Shown here in pieces: positions 17,711 to 27,368 of a DNA stretch of 64,000 bases (position 1 is its first letter; every line of letters starts with the position of its first letter). The translations under genes and the position numbers were made by a program. The DNA comes from Candidatus Woesearchaeota archaeon (lineage in GTDB: Archaea; Nanobdellota; Nanobdellia; Woesearchaeales; GCA-023898365). Below the pieces are notes generated by a model that did not search any database, had not been told where the DNA came from, and worked only from the letters and a program-made list of their open reading frames with translations. Location of the stretch: positions 932,444 through 996,443 of the forward strand of contig CP060219.1 of assembly GCA_023898365.1 (NCBI GenBank). The letters are read 5' to 3'.

Positions 17711-18688
17711 GTGATCATGACATTAAATCCATTCGTTGCGCTAAAGGGTGCAAAAATAGCTCTTTCTCATTCCATGCAGTCTACTGCTCGCCTCGCAGGC
17801 GTCTATGCAGATAGAGATCAAGAACAAGAAAAAGCACATGAAGATCTTGAAAAATTACTCAAAAAATTAGCAGCAGCCGTTAGTTCTGGCAATGGCGATG
17901 ACGTTGAAAAATCAATAACTATTGTGCTCGACCGATTTCATGATTTGCTGCTTGTTGATGAAGCAAAAGAAGAACTTCTCTTCGCGTTAACAAACCGGGA
18001 AGTTGGAGATATTCGTGGTGAGACAGATTTTGCTGTAGCATTCCTCAAAGAAATTAAAGACTTGCGAGAAGATCCAGCAATCAAACCTTTACTTGAAGAA
18101 TTAACAGGAAATTTACGACGTATCTACGGAGAACTAACCACGCAAGCAAGTCAATCAATGCGCATTTATCGTGGTTTGCGTCGAGACAAAGAGCGAATTG
18201 GACAACAATTCAGTGCAAACTTAGCGCAACTAGGCACATCAGAACACCAAATCGCCTCTCAACTCTCACAGGCACTTCGCACAGAAACGACTTCGGTGGA
18301 TAAATATAAACACTGTGTGAATGAACTTCTTGAACTTGCAAGAAAAAGCGATCCTGAAGAGCGAAAGAAAGGAGTCTTAACCAAACTTAAAGAACTTAAT
18401 GACATTGTTCGCGCTGAAAAAAACTGGATGATTCTTGCCATTACCTTAACGGGCAAATTGCAAAAAATTGCTGTCACCGAACACGAAACAGACAGAGATT
18501 ATGTGGCTCGCATCCATGCAGAATTTGTTAATCTTGCAAAACTTGGATTTTCGCCAAAAATACTCCAAGAAGCTGAAGAACGACTCGCTGCTGAGTATCG
18601 TAAAGACCGCGCAGATGGCAGACATGAGTATGGTCTTAGCAAGGATTTACGTAAGGATGCCCGGCATGTCAAAGTAGATGCTGCATAG
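17711..18688 (+). CDS. Hypothetical coiled-coil-rich protein
   Basis: A 325-codon ORF, helical and charged (E/K/L/R rich). No catalytic motif seen. Confidence 0.5.
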   Translation: MIMTLNPFVALKGAKIALSHSMQSTARLAGVYADRDQEQEKAHEDLEKLLKKLAAAVSSGNGDDVEKSITIVLDRFHDLLLVDEAKEELLFALTNREVGDIRGETDFAVAFLKEIKDLREDPAIKPLLEELTGNLRRIYGELTTQASQSMRIYRGLRRDKERIGQQFSANLAQLGTSEHQIASQLSQALRTETTSVDKYKHCVNELLELARKSDPEERKKGVLTKLKELNDIVRAEKNWMILAITLTGKLQKIAVTEHETDRDYVARIHAEFVNLAKLGFSPKILQEAEERLAAEYRKDRADGRHEYGLSKDLRKDARHVKVDAA

Positions 18689-18798
18689 AAAACCTTTATA
18701 AATTGTTTTTTACTTCTTCCTTGTACTTGGCTTTTAGATGTGGGCGTCGCTTGCCTGAATGAAGCTGAATGTGAACCAAATGGAGGCGAACCTGGAAA

Positions 18799-19368
18799 AT
18801 GGGTTATATTAAATATGTCCGCGAAGCATTTCGCAAACCTTCTGAAGAAGTAAGTGCTCTTCAACGAGAGCGACTCATCGGTATGCGCAGAGAACCTGCA
18901 ACGTTGCGATTGATGAGGCCAACAAAAATTGATCGTGCACGAAGCCTCGGCTACCGTGCTAAGCAAGGAATTCTTGTCGTCCGCCAACGCGTCATGCGAG
19001 GAGGAAGACAACGAGAAAAATTCAAGAGTGGACGCCGCAGTGCACATTACGGACGAAACAAAGTAGTTGCTATTAACTATCAGCGTGTCTGTGAAGAACG
19101 TGCAAACAAAAAGCATCCGAATTGTGAAGTGCTGAATTCGTATTATCTTGCAAAAGATGGTATCTATATTTGGTACGAAGTTTTGCTTCTTGATCGTGCA
19201 CATCCACAAGTGCAAGCAGATAAAACACTACTCGGTGTTGCGTCGCAGCGTGGACGTGTTAAGCGGGGTTTAACCAGCGCGGGAAAGAAATCTCGGGGTC
19301 TTCGAAACAAAGGACAGGGAGCTGAGAAACTTCGTCCAAGTCTTAATGCACATAAAGGACGACATTAA
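18799..19368 (+). CDS. rpl15e: 50S ribosomal protein L15e
   Basis: The N-terminus MGYIKYVREAFRKPSEE and basic R/K-rich body are typical of L15e. Confidence 0.92.
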   Translation: MGYIKYVREAFRKPSEEVSALQRERLIGMRREPATLRLMRPTKIDRARSLGYRAKQGILVVRQRVMRGGRQREKFKSGRRSAHYGRNKVVAINYQRVCEERANKKHPNCEVLNSYYLAKDGIYIWYEVLLLDRAHPQVQADKTLLGVASQRGRVKRGLTSAGKKSRGLRNKGQGAEKLRPSLNAHKGRH

Positions 19369-19378
19369 CTATTCTATT

Positions 19379-20014
19379 TTATATTTCTTTTATTGCTTTA
19401 ATTCTCTTTGGATCTTCAAGCACATGTTTGCCGCTGATAACAATTTCAACACCACAGTTCTTAAGGTCCTTTGCGCGTGAAACGGTAACGCCCCCGTCAA
19501 CAACAAGAGTCACCTTTTGCTTCCAAGAAGCAATTGTTTTTATCTTCTCCAGTTGAGATTCAAGAAATGATCTGCCGCTGCGACCAGGTGGCACTGTAAG
19601 AATAAGAACGTGTGAGAATAATGAAAGCACTGGCTTAATTTTTGCAGCTGCAGTTTTGGGATGAACTGCAAGACAAGGAACAATGTTCATCTTTCGCAAT
19701 GTTTCATTGAATGAACGCATATCATCATTTGAAACTTCTTCAAACTGATACGCAAGGATCTTTGCTTGTGTATAGCGATGAACCTTGTCTTGTGGACGCT
19801 TTGTCATTAAGTGCACAAACCAAGGTTTGTCTGTTGGCACTTTTGCAAGCACATCTCTGCGCAGAAAACGAGTGGAGCCTGAGACGAATTTTCCGTCAAC
19901 CACATCAATATGGTAGCCTGTAGCTGCTTTCAAGGAGGAAAACAATGACTGATCGGCAAGACTTGCATCAAGCAAGGAAACATAGACGTCCATAACCGCA
20001 CCTTTTACGTTCAA
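19379..20014 (-). CDS. rpe: Ribulose-phosphate 3-epimerase family protein
   Basis: YHIDVVDGKFV (H-x-D metal ligands), VHLM, ILTVPPGRSGRSF and VVDGGV correspond to the Rpe motifs. Confidence 0.72.
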   Translation of the reverse strand: MNVKGAVMDVYVSLLDASLADQSLFSSLKAATGYHIDVVDGKFVSGSTRFLRRDVLAKVPTDKPWFVHLMTKRPQDKVHRYTQAKILAYQFEEVSNDDMRSFNETLRKMNIVPCLAVHPKTAAAKIKPVLSLFSHVLILTVPPGRSGRSFLESQLEKIKTIASWKQKVTLVVDGGVTVSRAKDLKNCGVEIVISGKHVLEDPKRIKAIKEI

Positions 20015-20066
20015 TTAAACTTATAAATCCTTGGTGCTAAAAAGTTTATAAGACTTGTGAAAAAAA

Positions 20067-20489
20067 ATGGCAAAACGCATCGTACTAACCAGCGATCATG
20101 CGGGCTTTCGACTCAAAGAATTCTTAAAAAAAGATTTAATTGAGAAAGGCTATGTGGTCGTAGATGACAATCCCGTTCTTGAAGAAGGAGATGATTATCC
20201 TGATCGCGTCTTTTCTGCTGCGCCAAAAGTCAAACACGACCAAGGCATCTTCGTCTGCGGCACAGGTATTGGGATGTGTATTGCTGCAAACAAAGAAAAA
20301 GGCATCATCGCAGCTGATTGCTCGATGCCAAAAGAAGCGCATCTTGCACGCGCTCATAATAATGCAAACGTTCTCTGTCTTGGAGCAAGATTGTTAACAC
20401 GAGACCAAGCAAAACGTATTATGTACACCTTCTTAAAAACCTCTTTTGAAGGTGGCAGGCACGCACGACGCGTTGAGAAACTGGCGTGA
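20067..20489 (+). CDS. rpiB: Ribose-5-phosphate isomerase B (RpiB/LacAB family)
   Basis: LTSDHAGFRLKE and VCGTGIGMCIAANK are classic RpiB motifs. Confidence 0.88.
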   Translation: MAKRIVLTSDHAGFRLKEFLKKDLIEKGYVVVDDNPVLEEGDDYPDRVFSAAPKVKHDQGIFVCGTGIGMCIAANKEKGIIAADCSMPKEAHLARAHNNANVLCLGARLLTRDQAKRIMYTFLKTSFEGGRHARRVEKLA

Positions 20490-20544
20490 TACTGCTTAAT
20501 TCTTAATAATAATCGTTTTAAACAAACTTTGATTTCCTCACATT

Positions 20545-21144
20545 ATGAAACAACTTCTTGGCGCAACCATTCTTGCAATAGCATGTTCTCAAGGGTATGC
20601 TGCAACGTCAAGTGATATGTCAACTTTGGAGAGAGAATTAAAAACAGATCCTCGTGTTGAACAACTTCAGGAATCTTATAACGAAGGACCTTTTCAACTT
20701 GGTCATTCTTTTTCTACAGGAACGCTCGCTATTTCCTCAAGTAATCTTGGTCACCGTATTTTTGAGCCAATTTCGCCAGACTCGTTAACGTTTGTTCTTT
20801 ACGATTTTAATAAGGACGGTCTTGTTGACGCACTGGTTGGCACGAAAGTTATGCTTTCAGAAATGGATCATTATGCAGTGTTACGCGAGATATATGATGC
20901 GGGAGTCTCCGCGCCAAGAGCTCAAGAATTACTCGTTTTAGAACAAGCATTATCTGAGTTGAAAGGAGAGAATGCGGTTGCGTACCTTCGTGATCCTCAA
21001 GGCGATATTTTTCAAATTTATCTTCGGCATGGTAAAGTATATCAATCTTCTGAAGCTGAAGATATGTATTGGCTGGGACAACGCTTGTATGATGACTCAG
21101 TAAAAGAACTTCTTGACGCGCTCCTTGCTAACGACCGGTCATAG
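20545..21144 (+). CDS. Secreted or lipid-anchored hypothetical protein
   Basis: The N-terminal signal-like sequence is MKQLLGATILAIACSQG. The remainder is unrecognised. Confidence 0.5.
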   Translation: MKQLLGATILAIACSQGYAATSSDMSTLERELKTDPRVEQLQESYNEGPFQLGHSFSTGTLAISSSNLGHRIFEPISPDSLTFVLYDFNKDGLVDALVGTKVMLSEMDHYAVLREIYDAGVSAPRAQELLVLEQALSELKGENAVAYLRDPQGDIFQIYLRHGKVYQSSEAEDMYWLGQRLYDDSVKELLDALLANDRS

Positions 21145-21149
21145 CAATA

Positions 21150-21157
21150 TTTATAAA
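21150..21157 (+). promoter_or_regulatory. TATA box TTTATAAA upstream of tRNA-Val
   Basis: Located about 31-38 nt upstream of the tRNA 5' end at 21188. Confidence 0.45.
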
Positions 21158-21187
21158 TTATTACCAGTTCCAAGAAGGTATTCTTTT

Positions 21188-21261
21188 GGGCCCGTGGTCT
21201 AGTCCGGTATGACGCTTCCTTGACGTGGAAGATGTCCCCGGTTCAAATCCGGGCGGGCCCA
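21188..21261 (+). tRNA. tRNA-Val (GAC)
   Basis: Hand fold: GGGCCCG acceptor pairing with CGGGCCC, anticodon stem CTTCC/GGAAG with loop TTGACGT, T arm CCCGG-TTCAAAT-CCGGG, discriminator A. Confidence 0.88.
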
Positions 21262-21273
21262 TTTTCTTTCAAA

Positions 21274-22470
21274 CTAATTTTTGTGTGGTTTTTCATAACC
21301 TGCACTGGTTTCTGGATGTGCATGCATCTCGTACGCTCTTCTAAACTCCGGAAATGTTCTTCCAAGTAGGTGTACTGCTTTGAATGCTTGTTTTTGCGCA
21401 AGTTTTTCTACGACGCTTTGCACAGGTAATTGCCCGACCAAGGGTTTAACGTCCTTATCCTGCACTGCCCAGGAAAAGAGATTTGCAGCATAGGCAGCAA
21501 ACGAGTGAACATAATTACTTCCCACACCTGTTCTCGGTTCTTGTCCTGCTTTAAGATGGAGAATGGCAAGTACGCTATCAAAAATCTGAAGCTTGATGCT
21601 AGGACTTACAGGAAAGTGTTCAGGTCCTCTTGCTTGATCTCGCGTGCTATTAATTAACATTTCTTCTTCTGCGCGCGCTAAGTATGCTGCTATGTCTCTT
21701 GCAGTTTCTGCACCAATGTATACTCTGTCAGCTACGCTTTGGTTTAAGAGCGAGTAGTCTCGAGATAGCCTTTCAACAGCAGATCTTGTTTTTGTTTTTG
21801 CTCGCTGAACATTTGTTTGAGGTTCTTGTTCGCTCCGTAACGATTTTCTTATGATCTCAATCATGCGATGTTCCTTCGTTCCTTTTTCAAGTGCGTCGCC
21901 TGCTATTTCTTCTAACGCTAAAACAGTATCCACATCAGTTTGTTCTTCGTAAAATGAAATTGCTGCTTGAGGGAAGTTACTAATTTCTGTTAATAAACCA
22001 ACTCGCTCGACAAAGGTTCTTGCACCTATATGACTTATATCTTGATGTAATTGATCATACCATGCATTGACCTGTCTTTCAGGGAGTTCTAAACGCACCT
22101 GTTCGTCAGGGTATGCTTCATCCAGGAGTTGTTGCAACTGTCTTACTTCATTGACTCGCTCAACTAACGTTCCCGTGTGAGAAAGCGTTGTTCCGCTCAT
22201 GCCCAGCTCTGGTAGTGCTGGATCTTCAAGTAATGCATCTTGAACTGGAAGAAGTATTTCCGCAACTTGTTCCCGTAAGGTTTGTGATGGTAAGAATCCT
22301 TCAAGAAGCAAGTATGCTGTTGCATCTTGAAAGCGCTTGTTTTTTATGAGGTCAAGAAAAACATCACCTTGATGCACTCCTTGTGCTGATTGTCCGTGTG
22401 CTTGTCCTATCACTCTTTCTGCTCCTTTTAAGAATCGTCCTCTATCCATACTTTCACCAACTTTGTGCAA
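21274..22470 (-). CDS. Hypothetical protein
   Basis: A 398-codon ORF. No recognisable motif. Confidence 0.5.
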   Translation of the reverse strand: MHKVGESMDRGRFLKGAERVIGQAHGQSAQGVHQGDVFLDLIKNKRFQDATAYLLLEGFLPSQTLREQVAEILLPVQDALLEDPALPELGMSGTTLSHTGTLVERVNEVRQLQQLLDEAYPDEQVRLELPERQVNAWYDQLHQDISHIGARTFVERVGLLTEISNFPQAAISFYEEQTDVDTVLALEEIAGDALEKGTKEHRMIEIIRKSLRSEQEPQTNVQRAKTKTRSAVERLSRDYSLLNQSVADRVYIGAETARDIAAYLARAEEEMLINSTRDQARGPEHFPVSPSIKLQIFDSVLAILHLKAGQEPRTGVGSNYVHSFAAYAANLFSWAVQDKDVKPLVGQLPVQSVVEKLAQKQAFKAVHLLGRTFPEFRRAYEMHAHPETSAGYEKPHKN

Positions 22471-22569
22471 AAGATAACTTCTTTATATTTCTTTCCTTTA
22501 AAATGGTAACAATGCTTTGTTGTGTGAAAATCGCAAACTATTTAAAGTGTCTGCGTTCAGCTAGTTCCT

Positions 22570-22587
22570 GTAATCATGCATGATTAC
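22570..22587. promoter_or_regulatory. Perfect 18-bp palindrome GTAATCATGCATGATTAC upstream of the HU gene
   Basis: Read directly from the sequence. It lies 27 nt upstream of the HU ATG, between it and a GAGGGGTG Shine-Dalgarno-like motif. Confidence 0.4.
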
Positions 22588-22614
22588 GTGAACCTTGAGG
22601 GGTGTTAAGAAAAG

Positions 22615-22878
22615 ATGAACAAAGCTGAATTGATTGAAGTTGTAGCAAAAGATACGGGCTTGTCAAAAGCACAAACAGGAGTTGTTCTTAATAGCATTAT
22701 GGATGCAATTAAGAAGGCGGTGCGTAAGGATCCTGTCCAATTAATTGGTCTTGGAACGTTTAAAGTTGTTAAACGAAAAGCTCGTATGGGTATTAATCCT
22801 CAAACTAAAGAAAAAATTAAGATTCCAGCACGTAAAGCAGTTAAATTCACGCCTAGTGCTGAATTGAAAAACATTTAA
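22615..22878 (+). CDS. hup: HU/IHF-family DNA-binding protein (bacterial type)
   Basis: MNKAELIEVVA...LSKAQ... plus the beta-arm GLGTFKVVKRKARMGINPQTKEKIKIPARKAVKFTPS carrying the R-x-G-x-NPQT signature. Confidence 0.9.
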   Translation: MNKAELIEVVAKDTGLSKAQTGVVLNSIMDAIKKAVRKDPVQLIGLGTFKVVKRKARMGINPQTKEKIKIPARKAVKFTPSAELKNI

Positions 22879-22973
22879 GTTTGCTTGCTATTTATTTTAT
22901 TCTTTTTTATTTCTTTATTCTCTGTTTGTTGTTTCGAATTCTAAAAGTAGAAAAAAGAAATAAAAAAAGTTAT

Positions 22974-23345
22974 TTAATGCTGTGTTGTACTTTCGCCGCT
23001 GTATTGCGATCTGATTGCTAGCAGATGTGCAACAGTGCCTACTTGGTTGTCAAAGGAATTTTCTCTTCCTTTCTCTTGTGCTTCAACCACGCTTTGATAG
23101 TAGGCAACTAATGCGCCGTAGGCGGCTGATTGTTGCAGTTCCGGTTTTCCTTGCGCTTCACTGAGGACTTCTTCGAGTTGCATTCTTACACCTGCTATGC
23201 TCAAACCAGGTATGCGTGCAATAGAAGTTATTGCTCTGTCAACCAAACCCAATCCACTATCTTGTCCTGTTCTTTGCGTATTCATTGGTATGCACCGAAT
23301 TGGTTTGCACGTTTCTCTCTTATATACATTTGTATGATGGGGCAC
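22974..23345 (-). CDS. Hypothetical protein
   Basis: A 123-codon ORF. The start is uncertain; an internal M at codon 21 is possible. Confidence 0.4.
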   Translation of the reverse strand: MPHHTNVYKRETCKPIRCIPMNTQRTGQDSGLGLVDRAITSIARIPGLSIAGVRMQLEEVLSEAQGKPELQQSAAYGALVAYYQSVVEAQEKGRENSFDNQVGTVAHLLAIRSQYSGESTTQH

Positions 23346-23530
23346 TTACTTTTGTTGTGGGTTTCTTTTTGGTTTTTTGATTGCAGATTTTTGTTTTATC
23401 CTTCGAATTCTGCCTTCTCAGCACGTTTCACAACCATATTCGTGTCTTGAACCTATATTCTTGATAATCGAAATGTTTATATAGTAGTATACGTATTGGT
23501 ATATTGTTTTAGTTTTTGGGGTTATAAACA

Positions 23531-24445
23531 ATGCAAATTCAAAGTGTACGGGATGTGGATGTGCGAAATGTCGCGCAAGAGCTTAAACAGAAAGGATTGG
23601 CAATAAGTGATGCGCAAGCAATAATGCTTGCAGAAACCATGGTGAAAACCACAAAACGAGTTTCAAACGCGTCAGAAGAAAAACGTCACAGTAATGTCAT
23701 GTATGGAACAAATGATGCAAAACATCGAAAAGAACAACGCATCAAAGAAGCTGACGATGCAGAAAAAGAAAAACGCACCATCAAAGATGGACCGACCTCT
23801 TCCTATCAAAGCATTTCCTCACTTAAAGAACAAGTAAAACGAATGTTGGAACGACATCCAAACAGTGTCGGAAACTTTTATGTTCATAACGATCCTCGTT
23901 TGCGAAAACAACCAGTAATGAAGGAAGAAGCAACACCGCAAACATCAGTAGTGCAAGAATTGCATCAAGAGCTAACAGAGCTCCAAGAAGATCCCTTCAC
24001 TGAATTACAGCAAGACATGCAAGAAACAAACGAAGAGATCATGGAAGACTTACAAGAACTCGCCGTCCAAGATGATCTTGCAGAGAGGGATGATCCCTTT
24101 GCAACCCTATCATCGGAAGTATCGGCAAGCCCGGGAGAAATTGGTGAGACAAGACAGCAAGAAGAACAGATGCAGCAACTTTTCCCTGATGGGCAAAAAC
24201 TAGAAGACGATTTCATAATGAACACAAAGCAAGAAGAAGTGGCGGTTTCAGAGCACCCCCTCAATCCTCCCCAAACCCCTACAACAAATTCTCCAAGCTC
24301 TGGAGCTGCTCTTCATTCTTCTTCTCCTCCCACCCTTGAAGAAGAACGAGAAGCAAGACGTCAAGCCATTCTCCAAAATCCAAACGAGAAAACAAAAGGC
24401 ATGATGGAAGCAAACGTTGACTTAACAAATATTTTTCGGGTGTAA
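23531..24445 (+). CDS. Hypothetical acidic low-complexity protein
   Basis: A 304-codon ORF with an E/Q/D-rich middle and a P/S/T-rich segment. No motif. Confidence 0.5.
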   Translation: MQIQSVRDVDVRNVAQELKQKGLAISDAQAIMLAETMVKTTKRVSNASEEKRHSNVMYGTNDAKHRKEQRIKEADDAEKEKRTIKDGPTSSYQSISSLKEQVKRMLERHPNSVGNFYVHNDPRLRKQPVMKEEATPQTSVVQELHQELTELQEDPFTELQQDMQETNEEIMEDLQELAVQDDLAERDDPFATLSSEVSASPGEIGETRQQEEQMQQLFPDGQKLEDDFIMNTKQEEVAVSEHPLNPPQTPTTNSPSSGAALHSSSPPTLEEEREARRQAILQNPNEKTKGMMEANVDLTNIFRV

Positions 24446-24640
24446 ATTTATGCTCTTGTGGACGATACAGAATTTTGACGTGGTGCTCACTGTACTAACA
24501 ACTATTGGCACAACAGTCTCTTTGTTCGTCCACAATCTTTTTTCTTTCTAAGAATACTTTCTTAACAGAACATCTTATTGTTCTACTTTCTCTTCTCAAA
24601 ACAGTATCTTCTGAGAATTTTATTTTAACAAACAAAGAAT

Positions 24641-24919
24641 CTAATTGAGTTGTTCAGTTCGTAGACCAGGATATAATAATTTAACATTCTCAACAGGCTT
24701 GCCAAGAATTCTCTTCACTTCCTCAGGCAAACCACTCTCTTTAACTGCAATTCCAAACTGACTCATATGCGCTGGCCGATCAACATACAACGTATGCCTA
24801 ATCGTTCCATCGTGATCGATCCAGTAGGATTCAGAAATACACCCATGACCTCCGAGATTGCCAACAACAGTTGATCGTACAGCAATACCGTCCTTGTCAT
24901 AGTATACTGTATGTTCCAT
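24641..24919 (-). CDS. Hypothetical small protein
   Basis: A 92-codon ORF immediately downstream of cbf5 on the same strand. Confidence 0.45.
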   Translation of the reverse strand: MEHTVYYDKDGIAVRSTVVGNLGGHGCISESYWIDHDGTIRHTLYVDRPAHMSQFGIAVKESGLPEEVKRILGKPVENVKLLYPGLRTEQLN

Positions 24920-24972
24920 GAGAATGATTGCAAGAGATAACTTCCTTAAATAGATTTTCTTTTCAAATCCGC

Positions 24973-25968
24973 TTATTTTGATGCCAAGATGTTTTCTATT
25001 TTTGGATACACCGATGGATCCATGAAGACTTGTGAGCTTTTTACAGCAATGCCCTTTTCTTTTTGGCGTAAGTCCTTGCCGTGCACAAGAGCAGTTCCCA
25101 CACTGACCAATTCATTTTTCAGCGAAAGAAGAGCAACGCTATCATCGCGCGCAAGTTCAATCTCAAACTTATTAATGCCCGGAATTTTAAGTGTTGAACC
25201 AGTACATAATGAGTTAATAGCACTATCCTCGACCCAGATTTTAGGCAAGTGTTCAACTGCCCGCTCAAGAGGGAGCAGCATCTTGCGAAGTTTTGTCTCA
25301 TCTCCTTCTTTCGTGTAATAATAAAATGCGTCCTTAAGATCGTGAAGGGTAACAGCATCTTTTTCAGAAAAGGGACCTGCCATGGTTCTGCGAAGCTCAG
25401 CCATGTGCGCGCCGCAACCAAGTTTTTGACCAATATCACTACACAGTTTTCGCATATACGTACCTGCTTGACATTGCACGCGAAACAAATAATCTCTGCC
25501 CTTGGCATCCAGGAGTTCAATTTCGTAAATGGTGCGAAATCGTTGCCGACGTTTCACCGCGCTCTTTACTGGAGGAAGTTGGTTGATGCGACCAAGAAAA
25601 GACATAATTGCTTTATTGACGACATCAGGCGCTAAATCATCATGCACATGCATGAGCACAACATATTCTTTTCCTGCAGGAAGCAAGTTTTGTACAACGC
25701 GCGTTCCTTTTCCAAGAGCGACAGGAAGAACACCAACAACTTTTGGATCAAGCGTGCCTGAATGGCCTGTCTTCTTTATGCCAAGAATATCTCTGACATA
25801 ACTAGACACTTGGTGGCTTGTAGGGCCAGCGGGCTTATCAATAATAACAATGCTTGATGTGAGCAATTCTTGAATAGAACGGTCTTCAGGGCGCTTTCCA
25901 AATTTAGGATCTGTTGTGTTCTTCGTTCTTTGAAATACTTTTCCAGTGCGTTTCTGCCAACCAAACAT
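24973..25968 (-). CDS. cbf5: H/ACA RNP pseudouridine synthase Cbf5 (TruB family with PUA domain)
   Basis: IIDKPAGPTSHQV and the catalytic-Asp motif GHSGTLDPKVVGVLPV are present, with a C-terminal PUA-like region. Confidence 0.9.
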   Translation of the reverse strand: MFGWQKRTGKVFQRTKNTTDPKFGKRPEDRSIQELLTSSIVIIDKPAGPTSHQVSSYVRDILGIKKTGHSGTLDPKVVGVLPVALGKGTRVVQNLLPAGKEYVVLMHVHDDLAPDVVNKAIMSFLGRINQLPPVKSAVKRRQRFRTIYEIELLDAKGRDYLFRVQCQAGTYMRKLCSDIGQKLGCGAHMAELRRTMAGPFSEKDAVTLHDLKDAFYYYTKEGDETKLRKMLLPLERAVEHLPKIWVEDSAINSLCTGSTLKIPGINKFEIELARDDSVALLSLKNELVSVGTALVHGKDLRQKEKGIAVKSSQVFMDPSVYPKIENILASK

Positions 25969-25971
25969 TCT

Positions 25972-26382
25972 TTACTCCTCAAGACCAAGTTGTTCATCAA
26001 TAATATCTGCAATGCTCGAGAGATCCTTTAATGCTTGCTCAGTTTCTTGCTGCAAGGACTTCACAAGCAATTTAAGCGTTCTTACTTTCAAAAAATACCT
26101 ACTATTTTGCGTTTCGACAAGGCGAGATTCGAGGAGCTTATTCAAATGGTGAATAATGGTTCCTCTCGTTAATCCCGTAGCATAAGCAATTTCATCACTC
26201 GTTAACCCATCTCTGCTCTTCTTTCGATGACGAAGCAACGTGATGAAAATACGAAAACAACTCTTATCCTTATCACGTTGGTTAAACAATCCAATGGAGC
26301 CACCAAACCACTGCAGCAGTTCGTTAATATTTCTCTCACGTGGACGTTCAGTGCGAATAAGCGTAATTCTCGTAATGCGCAT
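25972..26382 (-). CDS. Winged-helix transcriptional regulator (ArsR-like)
   Basis: The HTH segment is LTSDEIAYATGLTRGTIIHHLNKLLESRLV. The gene lies 4 nt upstream of cbf5. Confidence 0.7.
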   Translation of the reverse strand: MRITRITLIRTERPRERNINELLQWFGGSIGLFNQRDKDKSCFRIFITLLRHRKKSRDGLTSDEIAYATGLTRGTIIHHLNKLLESRLVETQNSRYFLKVRTLKLLVKSLQQETEQALKDLSSIADIIDEQLGLEE

Positions 26383-26508
26383 ACACGAAAAAGAGTGTTT
26401 GCTGTTTTATATACTTTATCTTAAAAATGAGGTGAATAAGAGTTCCCTCTTGTTTTTCTCTTCTTAAGTAATGAAATATTTTTAAAGAAGCGAATTTGCC
26501 TTTCCCGC

Positions 26509-27354
26509 ATGAAGGGTTTGCTTGCAAAATTGTTTCCTGCAGATCAAGTATTTGGTGCTGAAGAACAAGAGTTGTTTGTTTCAGCAAACAGCATAGGGAT
26601 GTCGATGCTTGATAGAATTATTAGGGACTACAAGCGATTAATGGAACAAGTAAACAAAACAGGACTTGCACAGAATCCGCAAGGTGAGGTCACCCTGCTT
26701 GACACGACCCGCCTCCAAGGAGGATTACAAGGACTCCTTACTCTAGCCGCAACAATTCGTGGATCCCCAAGAGATGTATATGCGCTTGCCTTACACGAAT
26801 TCAACGAAACAATAAACGAACCTGACATATCAGTTCGCTTACACCTCTATGATGCTGCAAGAACCCTCCTTGAATCATTACCTTCTCAAGAGCGTCATCA
26901 TGAGCGATTACTGCTTGCAACACTGGTGCATGAAAGCCATCTTAACGATCAACTCATGCTCGCATCTGCAACCATTCCCGAAGATCTTGATAGACGCGCC
27001 GTGCTCCTTGCATCACGAATGGTTATGTATTCCCAACTTGACGCAACCGAACATCGCTACATAGGGCAAGCATTCGTGTTTCACGCACAACGATCAACAG
27101 CGATGCACTATGCAGAGCGATGTGAATTCTTTGCATGGGGAATAACACACATTGAATCATCACTTGTCATGAAAGGATCTGCGAACACACTCTACATCCT
27201 AGGATCAGCACTCGCAGACTTTAGCGAAGTTGTTTTTGAATCAGAAAAGCGTGATGCTCTGCGAGAACAAGCAAGAGAAGTTCTATGGCGATCATACGAA
27301 CTTGAAAAAAAACAAGAAGTGCTCGACACAATCGAAAAACTTGATGATGAATAA
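26509..27354 (+). CDS. Hypothetical helical protein
   Basis: A 281-codon ORF. No motif. Confidence 0.5.
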   Translation: MKGLLAKLFPADQVFGAEEQELFVSANSIGMSMLDRIIRDYKRLMEQVNKTGLAQNPQGEVTLLDTTRLQGGLQGLLTLAATIRGSPRDVYALALHEFNETINEPDISVRLHLYDAARTLLESLPSQERHHERLLLATLVHESHLNDQLMLASATIPEDLDRRAVLLASRMVMYSQLDATEHRYIGQAFVFHAQRSTAMHYAERCEFFAWGITHIESSLVMKGSANTLYILGSALADFSEVVFESEKRDALREQAREVLWRSYELEKKQEVLDTIEKLDDE

Positions 27355-27368
27355 GTAGGTGAAACGTA

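Noticed and set aside
18499-19215. 238-aa minus-strand ORF
   Set aside because: It lies antisense to the clearly recognisable L15e gene and to the end of the upstream gene. Its composition is Ser/Cys/Phe-rich shadow-frame composition with no motif.
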